Assembly (NCBI GenBank): GCA_951406725.2
Contig: OX597843.1
Location: 5,518,001-5,582,000, forward strand
DNA: 64,000 bases
Source of the DNA: Octopus vulgaris
Lineage: Eukaryota
Reading direction: 5' to 3'
Below are positions 1-12,844 of the stretch, piece by piece. Position numbers and translations under genes: made by a program. Each line of letters starts with the position of its first letter. The stretch's first letter is position 1. Under the pieces are notes generated by a model that saw only the letters and a program-made list of their open reading frames with translations, had not been told where the DNA came from and ran no database searches.

Positions 1-1349
1 CCATAAAACACGCAGAATATTTTTGGCCGGATATGGCCGGTTTAAATGCTAAAGGGTTAAAACAAACAAGTCCTGGGATCGACTTGTTCAACTAAGACCC
101 TTCGAGGCAGTAGGCCTCCAGCATGGCCACGGTCAAATGACTGAAATAAATAAAAGAGTAAAGAACAAAAAAAAATACCTTCCTCCATTTGACTTTCTTT
201 ATGGGTGGCACCCACGCGTATTCCGGCTCCACGTGGCTTCCTATCAGTTTCACCTCCCACATACCTATCTGGTCGGAATGCATGGTGAGGAGAACTTTGA
301 AGGAGCAGCGGTGGCCCATCTTGGCCCGTTCGGTTTTCTTTGGACAATCTAGAAGAAAAAAAAAAATGAATACAATAAATGAATTATATTAGACACGTAG
401 TCCAGTCCCTGCCAGAAAAAACAACATATGACGACGATGATGATGATGATGATGATTACGATGGTGGTGGCGATGATGATGATGATCATCATCATCATTT
501 AACGTCTGCTTTCCATGCTAGCATGGGTTGAACGATTTGACTGAGGTCTGTCGAACCAGATGGCTGCACCAGGCTCCAGTCTGATCTGGCAGAGTTTCTA
601 CGGCTGGATGCCCTTCCTACCGCCAACAACTCCGAGAGTGTAGTGGGTGCTTTTTATGTGCCACCGGCACGGTGGGTCAGTCAGGCGGTACTGGCAATGA
701 CCTTGCTCAAATGGTGTGTTTTACGTGTCACCTGGAGCCAGTCCAGCGGCACTGGCAACAACCTCGCTCGAATGTTTTTTCCACGTCAGTAAGGCAACGC
801 TGGTAATGATCACGCTCGAAATGGTGCTTTTTACGTGCCACCGGCACGGAAGCCAGTTGGCTGCTTTGGCAACGATCATGCTTGGATGGTGCTCTTGGCA
901 CCCCGCTAGCATGGATGCCAGTCATCGAATTTGATTTCAATTTCGATTTCACTTGCCCCAACAGGTCTTCACAAGCAGAGTTTAGTGTCCAATGAAGGAA
1001 AAGGTACGCATAAGCGGGCTGGTTACACTCCTGGCATAAGCTACGAGGTAAATGATGATGATGATGATGACATGTTAAAAGCACTGATGATGGTACCACG
1101 TAAAAATCATTGGTAATGGTTCCACATAAGACACACTCAGTACACTATATGGAGTGGTTGGCATTAGGAAGGGCATCCAGCTGTAGAAACCAAGCTAAAA
1201 CAGACTATGGGACTAGATGTAGTCCCTGACATTGCCAGTTCCTATCAAACCGTCCAACCCATATCAGCACAGAAAACAGACATTAAATGATGATGATGAT
1301 GGTGATGATGGCATGCAAACAAAGATATCAAAAGATCTGAGAGACTTAC

Positions 1350-2208
1350 CAACAATGCAGTCCCCTATTCCTCCACATTTTCGTCGACAGCTCCCTTCAC
1401 CGTTGCACAAAAGGTCCTCTTTCACAACAATGCACCTCCTGGAAGGGGTGATTGCAAACACAGGATGGAATATATCGGTAAGAAATCCGTTGGGCCCTTC
1501 TTCGATACCTACCAGATCTTTGCGCATAATTTGCCTGCCTTTCCTTATCATGACGGCCTGGTTGAATTTCGGCTTGCTCGCCAAAAACTCCACCAGTTTC
1601 TCCTGCGGCACACATTCAGAGTCACACTTCAACAAACCGAATGTCTTATCGACATGTTTGTTGTTGTTTCTGTAGTTGTTGTGAGTGATGGTCGTGGTGG
1701 CGGTGGTGGTGATAGCATTTGTGGTGGAAGCGGTGGTGGTGTTGGAGGATGAGGCGGAGGAGGGCGTGTTTAACGATGATGATAATGACGATGGTGATGA
1801 TGATGATGGCGATGACGATGTGATGCTGATGCTGCGGCTGTTCACGTGGCGCTGTTGTTGTCTCTGTTGCTGGAGGTGGCGATAGCGCTGCTCCTGGAGG
1901 AGATAGTGCTGGCGGCGGAGCTCACTGTTGGCGGTGCTCGTTGTCGTGGTGACGTTCGAAGCACCGCTGCTGTTGTTGCTGCTGCTGGTGCCGTTCGTAT
2001 CGACGAGGTGGTCCTCAACGGAATTAACTGTGGTGGTCGCGGTCGGAGAGTCGTCTTCAATGTGAATAACATGTTTGTTATCGTCGTCGTCATCGTTCTT
2101 ACTAATAATAATATCAATGTTACTATTATTGCTATTATTATTATTATTATTATTATTGTTGTTGTTATTGCTAATACTATAGTTTTCAGATTTGATGTCG
2201 CAGTCCAT
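1350..2208 (-). CDS. First coding exon of an unidentified gene: low-complexity N/S/T/Q N-terminus followed by an ordered Cys-rich segment (…EDLLCNGEGSCRRKCGGIGDCIV); continues beyond the left edge
   Basis: ATG at 2208, open frame with non-repetitive protein-like sequence from ~1660, and a strong donor G/GTAAGT at 1349 immediately after the Cys motif. Confidence 0.75.
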
Positions 2209-3348
2209 CTCTTCTTCGCATTCTCCCTTTCTTCACAAAAGGCCCCCAAGTCCAGTTTGGCTCTGACCTAGTCCGGACTCGAATCTCCCCCCTTTAACGT
2301 AAAACTCCAGCCTGGCTTCACCTGGTCTTGAACTGCCGTCCTTTACACGAAACTCCAGCCTGGCTTTACCTGGTCTTGAACTGCCGTCCTTTACACGAAG
2401 CTCCAGCCTGATCTTGTCCCGGTCCGTAACCTGCTCGGTTTGGTCTGTTCTGATTGTCAAGCACTTTCCCTTTTATGCCGAAGTTCAGCCTCGTCTCGCC
2501 CGGTCTTATGTGAATTTTATTTACGTAAAAGTCCACTCTGGTCCACTTGATCTTCGGCCAGTCCGGTCCGCCCTTATTTGATCCTTAAATTCTACCTCCA
2601 CATAAAACTCCAGCCTGGCTCACCCCTGGTCAATAACCTGCTCGGCCCGGTTTTCTCTGCGCTCGAACCGGCTTCCTTTAATGTAAAATTCCAGCCTGGT
2701 CTTGAAGCCGTCCGGCCATTTCCTTCTATAATTTCTAACGTAGCACTGGCTGTCCCTGGTCTTTAGCCTGTCCGGCCTGGCTTTGTCCTAGTACACAGCC
2801 AGTCCGGCTTGGTCTTGACCGGTCTTCCTTTAGTGTAAAACTACAGTTTAAATCCTGTCCTGATCTGTAACCAGTCCGGCCAGGACTTCCTTGATGTCCA
2901 ACCTCTCCCTGCCTTGTCCAGTTTTTAGCTAGTCCGGCCTAGTCTACAGATTGTCCGGCCTGGCTTTGTCCTTATCACTGACCTGTCCGGCGTGGTTTTC
3001 TCGAGTCTGGAACCGCTTTCGTTTAATGCAAAACTCCAGCTGGGCCTTGTTCTATTTCCGACCAGTGCAGCATGGCCTCTAACGCCTCCTTTTACACTCG
3101 AGTCCAGTTTGGCCTGGCTCGCTTTGGCCATTCAACATATTCCTTTATGTCAAAGCCCGGTGCTGTCTTCAACCGTTCCCCTTCGTATAAAAGGTCCGGC
3201 CTCGGTTAATCATTAATAGAACCTGCTATACTCGCACACACACACACACACAGACAGACACACACACACAGACACACACACATACACACACTTCAGTCTT
3301 GAACAATCTTTACATATTTTTCAATATTTCGTCTCATATAAAATTTAA

Positions 3349-3681
3349 GGTACTACTTGAGAACAGTGGTCCCGGTGCGAGCACTCGCGTACTCGCGCTA
3401 GCTAGTCGTGACTAGTCGATCCTACGACTACCTAGCAGGTACTACTTGAGAACAGTGGTCCCGGTGCGCGTACTCGCGCTAGCTAGTCGTGACTAGTCGA
3501 TCCTACAACGACCACCTAAGCAAAGTAAATAAAACACAAAATAAATATTTATTTTTTACACCAAGTAAATAATTTTTTTTAAACAAAGTAAATAAAACAC
3601 AAAGTAGGGATCGATTAGTCACGACTAGCTAGCGCGAGTACGCGAGTGCGCGCACCAGGACCACCGTTCTCAAGTAGTACC
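3349..3681. mobile_element. MITE, Merlin-like (GG...CC termini, 8-bp TSD AAATTTAA)
   Basis: TIR GGTACTACTTGAGAAC / GTTCTCAAGTAGTACC; AAATTTAA at 3341-3348 and 3682-3689; left arm tandemly duplicated. Confidence 0.8.
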
Positions 3682-3751
3682 AAATTTAATTTTCGAAAAA
3701 AAAAACAGTCTTTCTTTCTCTAAATCATCCAGCCCTAAATTTTTGAAAATT

Positions 3752-3785
<34 letters not shown>

Positions 3786-3975
3786 GAACTTTTAATGCTT
3801 TGGTCTGAGTCGAATCTTTCGATAACGGTCATGAATTCAACCGGTGTCGCACGTAAATAGGTTCAAAACTATTTATACTTCCAGGTGAATGAACTGCGTG
3901 AGTTTTGCGAAAGTTTTTTTTTTTTTTTTCAGTATATAATTTGAAATCCCTGGAGGGAAAAAATTAAAATATCCG

Positions 3976-4422
3976 GGTGATCTTTCATCTCTAGAAGATC
4001 TTTCCGTCGATTTCCGTAAAAAACTTCTTTTTTTTTTACATATGGGCTTGCGGGAACTTTTGAAGTAATATACATACATATACACACATACATATATATA
4101 CACATACATCGAGTAAAAAATTTCAGTTATCTCTCTCTTTCACACATTACTCTCTCTGTCTCTTCACACACACTAACAGAAGCACTTCACTTACACAACA
4201 TACTGTCTGTCTCCCACACCCTATCAAACACACACGCACACACACATGTCCATCAATGCTTCCATGCACGGTAACTTCAAAAGAACTTCCCTCGTCATAC
4301 AATCGCTTTCTCTTAGTTTCTTTCGCTCTCATTACTTCAAAAGTTCCCGCAAGCCCATATGTAAAAAAAAAAATTTTTTTACGGAAATCGACGGAAAGGT
4401 CTACTAGAGACGAAAGATTGCC
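3976..4422. mobile_element. TIR element with ~90-bp inverted ends and a 15-bp flanking direct repeat
   Basis: Arms 3976-4068 and 4331-4422; AAATTAAAATATCCG at 3961-3975 and 4423-4437. Confidence 0.8.
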
Positions 4423-6484
4423 AAATTAAAATATCCGTCACTTCCATGAATATGAGTAATCACTATCATATCGAGAAACCGTTTACTCGACCTGCAAGAA
4501 ATAGCAGCCAAATCCCTTTCGTATCACACCCTACTATCTTAATTATAAATGTGTGAGCCAAAGGCGGCGAGCTGGCAGAATCGTTAGCACGCCGGGCGAA
4601 ATGCGTAGCCGTATTTCGTCTGTTGTTACGTCCTGAGTTCAAATTCTGCCGAGGTCGACTTTGCCTTTCATTCTTTCGGGGTTGATAAATTATGTACCAG
4701 TTACGCACTGGAATCGATGTAATTGACTAAATCCCTTTGTCCCCTCTGTGTTTAGCCCCTTGTGGGTAACCTTGTACTTCCTCTTCAAGACACCTGTATC
4801 TTACTATACCCTTCGAATTATCACCTCCTCTTAAAAGTGAAATTCGGATATGTGTGCACTGGGTGTGATATAACTGTCTTATTGCTAAAATTGCTTTCTT
4901 TAATATCTTTTACTTGTTTCAGTCATTTGACTGCGGCCATGCTGGAGCACCGCCTTTTTTAGTCGAGCAAATCGACCCCAGGACTTATTCATTGTAAGCC
5001 TAGTACTTATTTTATCGGCCTCTTTTGCCGAATCGCTAAGTTACGGGGTTGTTAAGCGATGTTGGGGGGACAAACACAAACACACAAATACAGATATACG
5101 ACGGGCTTCTTTCAGTTTCCGTCTACCAAATCCACTCTCAAGGCTTTGGTCAGCCCAAGGCTAGAGTAGAAGACACTTGCCCAAGGTACCACGCAGTGGG
5201 ACTGAACCCGGAATCATGTGGTTGGTAAGCAAGCTACTTACCATACAGCCACTCCTACGCCTATTCATAGTTTAAAAACAAAATTCGCAAAAATGGAAAT
5301 TTTAAGATTTCTTGGAGGTGTGGTTGGGGTAAAACCCCATTTTTCATAACCATATGAATTCCTGTGTGTAGAACACAAATTTGCAAGAATTTTCTGAAAA
5401 TTCCCCAAAATATGAAAGTTAGGAGGGGTTACATGGGGTTACCTGCTGTGCTTACCTTGGTTCGTAGGGCGACCTGCTGTCCTTGAGGAGACCTATTGAG
5501 TCAAGTACATCAACGTCAAGATAAATATCAAATGGAAATTGTAGTTGTGATACCTGTGCCAGCGGCACATAAAAAGGACCATCCGAATGTGGCTGATGCC
5601 AGCGCCGCCTTGACTTGCTTCTGTGCTGGTGGCACGTAAAAAGCACCAACCGATTGTGGCTGCTACCAGCCTCCCCTGGCACCTGTGCCGGTGGCATGTA
5701 AAAAGCACCCACTACACTCACGGAGTGGTTGGCATTAGGAAGGGCATCCAGCCGTAGAAACACTGCCAGATCAGACTGGAGCCTGGTGCAGCCTCCTGGC
5801 TTCCCAGACCCCAGTCAAACCGTCCAACCCATGCTAGCATGGATAAAGGACGTTAAACGATGATAATGACGATGATATTCAACCCACAGCCCTCGAAAAA
5901 CAAAACACTCATATAAAAATCAGTTTAACTCCAGATTTAATTTTTAAATTAAACTTTAATTTATTTGTAACATTAGTGTGAAGTTGTGGAGGTCATGCAT
6001 GGCTTGAACTATTGTTGTCAGGAACTGGTGGGTGTGAGACAGACAGATAGATAGCTGGGTAGATAGAGAGATGAGCAGATAGATATATAGACAGGTAAAT
6101 AAATATATAGCTGTATAAATATGGATATATGTATGTAGACAATTAGGTGAGTATATATGCATGTATATATATACATATGTATATATATATGTATGTATAT
6201 ATACATATGTATGTATATATGTATATAGATGTATGTATATATACATATGTATGTATATAATATGTATGTATATATATGTATGTATATATGTATGTGTTTA
6301 TATATACATATGTATGTATATAAATGTATATGTATATGTATATGTATATATATGTACGTATATATACATATATGTATATTTATATATATATGTACATATA
6401 CATATGTATGTATATACATGTGAATATGTATAAATATATGTGTGTGTGTGTGTGTGTGTATATGTATATATATATATGTATATG

Positions 6485-6517
<33 letters not shown>

Positions 6518-6576
6518 GTATGTATGTGAATGTATGTATATATGTATGCATATATGAGTATATAAATGTGTGTGTG

Positions 6577-6618
<42 letters not shown>

Positions 6619-7653
6619 CAGATATATTTATATTTATGTAGAGAAATAGAGATTTATGTATGTAACTAGATAGATAGGTATGTGTGTATGTATATATGTA
6701 TGTAGAGAGAGATATATAGATATATATTTTAAATGATAACATGAGGGCCAACAATTGGATTCGTAGCTGAATACTGGGTTTTATGTATCATGAACCCTAG
6801 TCACAAGTTCATACCTTCACAGTAATAAGTTACTTTTGTTAAACATGCAATTGGTTTATTGTAAAAACAAGTTAAAATTAATATATATGCGTTAGGTGCA
6901 GCCGACACTGTTTTAGATAAAAATAGTCTTGTGTGTATCATACTAAATGCATATACATCGTGACAGGCAAATTACAGTGGTGTTCATCTGAAGTTATTAT
7001 CTATCATGGATGTATTGAATTGAAGGGAAAATAAGCAGAGAAAGGGGAAGGATGATACGGATGTCAAGCTTGATGAAGTGGTTGGAAGAAAGAGATATTA
7101 AACATCAGGATGTGGAACTGGTGTAGAAAAGAAAGAATAAAGAATTATGGTGGGACATGACCCCACCCATGTCCTACATTCTGGACATGATACCTAAAGA
7201 CAAAAAGATAACATCCATAAGGGATATTATCTCTGGACAAATACCACGGTTAAATTTGCCTTTTGTAATGCATCTACATTAGATATGATACACAGGTAGC
7301 TATTCTTATATACAGGACGTCCAATAATTACATTTACAATTTCTAAGATTCAGAGAAAAAAAAATGGGAAAAATAGGGGTAACTCAACAGGGTGCATACA
7401 ACCAATGGAACCTGCATGGAAGGGTTCTGAAGCTCCCTATAAAAGATTGTTTTAATTCTTTTATTTGTTTCAGTCATTTGACTTCAGCCATGCTGGAGCA
7501 GTGCCTTAAAGGGATTTTTGATTGAAGGAATTGAGCTTTGTAAGCCTAGTAATTATTGTATTGTTCTCTTTTGCCAAACTGCTAGGTCATAGGGACATAA
7601 ACATACCAACATCGGTTGTCAAGCGATGGTGGTGGTGACAAACACAGACACAA

Positions 7654-7752
<99 letters not shown>

Positions 7753-8596
7753 GTAGTGCAATGGCCCAGTGGTTAGGGCAGTGGATTCGTGGTCGTAGGA
7801 TCATGGTTTTGATTCCCAGACTGGGCGTTGTGAGTGTTTATTGAGCGAAAACACCTAAAACTCCACGAGGCTCTGGCAGGGGGTGGTGGCGATCCCTGCT
7901 GTACTCTTTCGCCACAACTTTTCTCACTCTTTCTTCTGTTGGCCTGCTCGCTTAGCCAGCGGGGTGGCGTCCTTTGAAGGCTAAAACAATGCAAGCGCAT
8001 TGTGACCAGCGATGTGTAGCACATCTGATAGCCTGATCGGTCACAGTGATATATGTATCTATGACAGGCCTCTTTCAGTTTCTGTCTATCAAATCCATTT
8101 CACAAGGTTTTAGTTGGCCCGAGTTTATAGTAGAAGACATTTTTGCCCAAGGTGCCACACAATGGGACTGAACCCAGAACCATGTGGTTGGGAAGCAAGC
8201 TTCTTACCACACAGCAATGCCTGTGTCTATGTTTGATTACATTTTCCAGTAAATACTGTTGCATCATCCCTATTTTTCATTTTTTTCCTGAAATTTTTAA
8301 ATTGTAAAGGTAATTTATAAACAGCCTGCGTAAATGTTTATATACGCACACACACACACATAGCATGTTTATAAATTATCTTTACAACTTCCACAATTTA
8401 TTGTCTAAATGTGTTGCGTGCAACCAACAAAGCTTGAATGGAAGTGTTCTGATGTTTCTAATAAAACTTTGTTTTTTTCGCCTATGTTTTACAAGAAACT
8501 CTGTGGAGTTACCCATATTTTTCATTTTTTCCTGAATTTTTCAAATTGTAAAGATAATTTATGGACACTATATATATATATATATATATCAATATC

Positions 8597-8856
8597 TCAG
8601 GGTAGCAAAAAATTCAAGAGAAATTTTTCGCCACCAGCGGTCCAGTGAGAAAGAAAAAATAGTCAAGAGACTATATAATATACATTCAACAATATTAAGG
8701 AATGGCCTTGATAGGCCATTCGACCCACTAGAAAGAGCAGGGTAAATGTCTTTATTTTCCTTTTGGTTTCTGAATTACAACTATTTAGCGGTTTGAGTTT
8801 AACTGCTCTTTCTAGTGGGTCGAATGGCCTATCAAGGCCATTCCTTAATATTGTTG
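8597..8856. mobile_element. (TA)n-embedded fold-back element, structured family copy A
   Basis: AGGGT start; arms ~8687-8740 and ~8803-8856 inverted; homologous to 20110 and 44690 copies. Confidence 0.75.
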
Positions 8857-8864
8857 TATATATA

Positions 8865-9207
8865 TCTCTCTCTATATAAACGGCAGTTTGTCTGTGTGTC
8901 TTTCAACCGATTCTGATGAAACTTGACACACACATAGCCCAATGTCATAATTCAAAACTAACGCAGCGAAAATTTTGAAAAGTTCCCCCAGTTCTGAAAA
9001 AAATCGATAAATTCGACATGGGGTCGAGAATCAGAAACACAAACCACAGACTGTCTAGGGGACGCAACTCGACCTTTTTTACTCTCAAAAAAAAAATTTA
9101 CCATAATTTTTTTCCCATTTTTTTGCTATTTTTTGGCTATAACTCTCTAAAAATGCTTTATAGTTATTTCCCTTACAAACCCGAGCAACGCCGGGCGATA
9201 CTGCTAG
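8865..9207 (+). mobile_element. Non-autonomous Helitron
   Basis: A|TC start, subterminal CCCG..CGGG hairpin, CTAG|T end; 3' part shared with 43218-43614. Confidence 0.82.
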
Positions 9208-9606
9208 TATATATATATATATATATATATATATAGCTATTAAAAGCGCGAATTGGTCCCTGATAAATATAAATATGCAGGTAGATTGTGTGTGTGTATG
9301 TTACTTGATTTCGATTCAAGAGGTTGCATCCAGAGGTTGTGGCCATGCTGGAGCACTGCCATTAAAAATTATGTCGATATACAGAGTCTACCCCCAAAAA
9401 GACGTACAGGCACCTCAGAAAAGGAAAAAAAAATCTGTATAAATATTCAATTCGTAATAACTACCTCTACAAATATAAATATCTCTCCTTCGATGTTTTA
9501 TCAAACTGCGATAACACTGAATAACAATATTTATACAAATTCTTCCTTTTCTGAAGTGTGTATACATTTTTTTGGCAGACCCTGTGTATGTATGTGTATG
9601 TATATA

Positions 9607-9653
<47 letters not shown>

Positions 9654-9666
9654 CATAATAATAATA

Positions 9667-10362
9667 ATATGAGGGAATATTATTCCGAACTTACAGGGAA
9701 AAATTCAGTTTAGAAATACTAAATCAAATTTCACAAAATATAATATAAATATATAAATTAGAAAAAAAAACCAACTTTTATCACTTCAATAATGAAAAAT
9801 TAAATTATATTATTTAGAAAAATTACATATTATAGAGAGATTAGACATAAGATAAAACATATAAGAATGATTAAGTAATGTGCAAAATAGTAAATAAAAT
9901 TTTTCTAAATGGCATAATTTAATTTTTCATTATTGAATAGATAAAAGGTGTTTTATTTCTAATTTATATATATATATATAAATTAGAAAACAAAACACCT
10001 TTTATCAATTCAATAATGAAAAATTAAATTATACCATTTAGAAAAATTACATATTATAGAAAGATTAAATATAAGATAAAACATATAACGATGATTAAGT
10101 AATGTGTAAAATAATAAATAAAACGTATATATTTGGTAGAATTATTTTGCACATTACTTAATCATTGTTATATGTTTTATCTTATATTTAATCTTTCTAT
10201 ATGTAATTTTTGTAAATGGTATAATTTAATTTTTCATTATTGAATTGATAAAAGGTGGGGGGGGGGGGTTCTAATTCATATATATATATTATATTTTGTG
10301 AAATTTGATTTAGTATTTCTAAACTGAATTTTTCCCTGTAAGTTCAGAATAATATTCCCTCA

Positions 10363-10368
<6 letters not shown>
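9667..10368. repeat. Nested inverted-repeat AT-rich element flanked by (AAT)n/(ATT)n
   Basis: 9667-9750 is inverted at ~10285-10368; an internal ~150-bp unit occurs in alternating orientation. Confidence 0.8.
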
Positions 10369-10411
<43 letters not shown>

Positions 10412-11660
10412 TATATTGTTAATGTATATAGTTCTCTGTAAACTGCTTTTTGATTCAATTGGTCCTTTTTGAGTCACATCACATGGAAAGACAAGCTGTT
10501 TGAAGGATGGAGGTGAAAGCAGGATATATTTGTGAAATAGAAAAAAAACCCCCCAAAAACCAAGCTTTGAGCTACACCATCCAACCCCCGCCGTCCGATA
10601 TGGGAGAGAATTTTGGCACGATGAAACATCTGCTATTTTGGAGGCGTCCTGAATGTCCAGATAATATGGGACAAACAGAATAGGAATTTTGAAAGAAGTT
10701 TCTATAAAACTAGCTTAGCATTCAGATTATTCTGTAAAATGTAAAGCTTATGTATTCACACCATGTAAAATTAATCTTGCATCATTTCATGGCTTTGAGA
10801 TTTCAATGATGTGATTGTTTATTTTTAAAAAGATGCAATAAGATAGCTATGAATGACCATATCTGACTAGTTTGAACATAAAATAGGTAGAATATTTTGG
10901 CCGGATAGGGCCGGTTTAAACACTAAAGGGTTAAACATCAAATGGCTCTTGGTGTGGGGGGGGGGGAATTCACCAGAATAAAATAATGATAAAAGGGGTC
11001 CATAGATAAGGAATGGTTGAGAACCACGTTTTACATGGTTCAGCCTAAACAAGGGAATGTGTGGAAAACCAAATAGGAATTTTACATCAAATGGCTGTGG
11101 GGGTCCAACCAGAATGAAACAGTAATCAAAGGGGTCCATAGATAAAAAATGGTTCAGAACCACTTAGTGTAAGCTGTTCAATAATCCTGTTTTTAATCTG
11201 TTTGTGTCCACTTATGTCCAGCATCTTTAATATTTGACCTTTCTAAAAAAATAAAAAATAAAAAAACACATCCATTGCTGCAAAAATGGTTGCTTAAATG
11301 TGAATTGCTTTCCTCAAAAAATTCAGCAGTTTACTATGACGAATGTGATGATTTCATATGTTTAGTATAAAACACCCCACAAAAATATCTTAATGTCCTC
11401 CGTCGTCTTTTGACCTCTGTCTTCTTTGACATCTATCTTTTACCATCTCTACCGTCAAAAAAGAATATCCCGATTCTGACCCCCACCATCGAACAAGCGC
11501 AATGCTCTTAAAAGCGTGAAGCAGTTTACAGTTTTATCGAAGTCAGCGCTTCATCGTGATGTGACGTGATGTGACGTGACGTGATGTGATGTAACATGAT
11601 GTGACGTGGTGATGTGACGCGGTGATGTGACAGAGGTCTCGGTCAGTCGGGTGTGACGGC

Positions 11661-11813
11661 TCACATGGCATACACAAAATTATAGTTGTCCGGTTCTGGA
11701 GGTATGGCTGGTGGCTTGGCTGGGATTCGAACACCTTCTGTGTCCAGCAACCGTAGTTTGATCTCCATCCCAAGAAGCATCTCCATATCGCTCTTCTCCT
11801 GAGTGCTGACCAT
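11661..11813 (-). CDS. ELMO: ELMO terminal exon 20 ([50 protein letters not shown])
   Basis: 153 nt incl. TGA, acceptor tccacag; proline-rich DOCK-SH3-binding tail. Confidence 0.97.
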   Translation of the reverse strand: MVSTQEKSDMEMLLGMEIKLRLLDTEGVRIPAKPPAIPPEPDNYNFVYAM

Positions 11814-12465
11814 CTGTGGAAAGACACAAGTGGACAATGGTCAAAAAACAATGGCCAGATAATAGAATAATGAACAAAGCAGAGAGGACAGTAGAGAAAG
11901 GGTGGTCAGAGGTAGATGACAGTGGACAGTGCAAGATTATGGACAGGGGACAGTAATTACAGTGGTGAATTGAAAAGCGAGAGTAGTGGACAGGGGTCAA
12001 AGAGAAGAATACTGGACAAAGAGAAGTGCACAGTAGAAAAAAGGCATATATATTTCTTTACTGCCCTCAAGGGGCTAAACATAGAGGGGACAAACAAGGG
12101 CAGACAAAGGGATTAAGTCGATTACATCGACCCAGTGCAAAACTGGTACTTTATTTATCGACCCCGAGAGAATGAAAGGCAAAGTCGACCTCGGCGGAAT
12201 TTGAACTCAGAACGTAACGGCAGACGAAATACGGCTATGCATTTCGCCCGGCGTGCTAACGATTCTGCCAAAAAGGCATATAGAGAGAGACAATAGTGGA
12301 CAGAGGGCAGAAATCATAATGGAAAATTGAAAACACAAGGTAGTGGTCAATGGTGGACAATGGTCAGAGAAAAGGAAATTGGACAAAAAAAGAGTGATTG
12401 AGAAAGAGAGAGAGAGAGAGATATTACAGAAGAGAAAGAGACAAAAGAGAGAGACACAGAGACAA

Positions 12466-12512
<47 letters not shown>

Positions 12513-12574
12513 GAATATAGAGATTGGTGTAAACATAAACTGTAGGTATTTGTATACACACTCACAGACAGACA

Positions 12575-12611
<37 letters not shown>

Positions 12612-12803
12612 CAAATTTGCAGAAAACAAAAGTACGAAGACAGGTGAAAGAACAACAAGCAGATGTGTTCGGCCAACGCTTGGGAAGAATGGAAAAGTCT
12701 TTGACATTTTGAGCGTATGCTCCTCTTCAGAAAGGAATAAGAGGAAAAACAAGAAATGGAGACTGTAAAAAAGGCAGAAAGAAAATGTGTAGAGATTAAA
12801 CAG

Positions 12804-12844
<41 letters not shown>

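Noticed and set aside
5956-6754. YI/HT-repeat ORFs here and at 45-46 kb and 59.7-62.3 kb
   Set aside because: (TA)/(TG) microsatellite translations.
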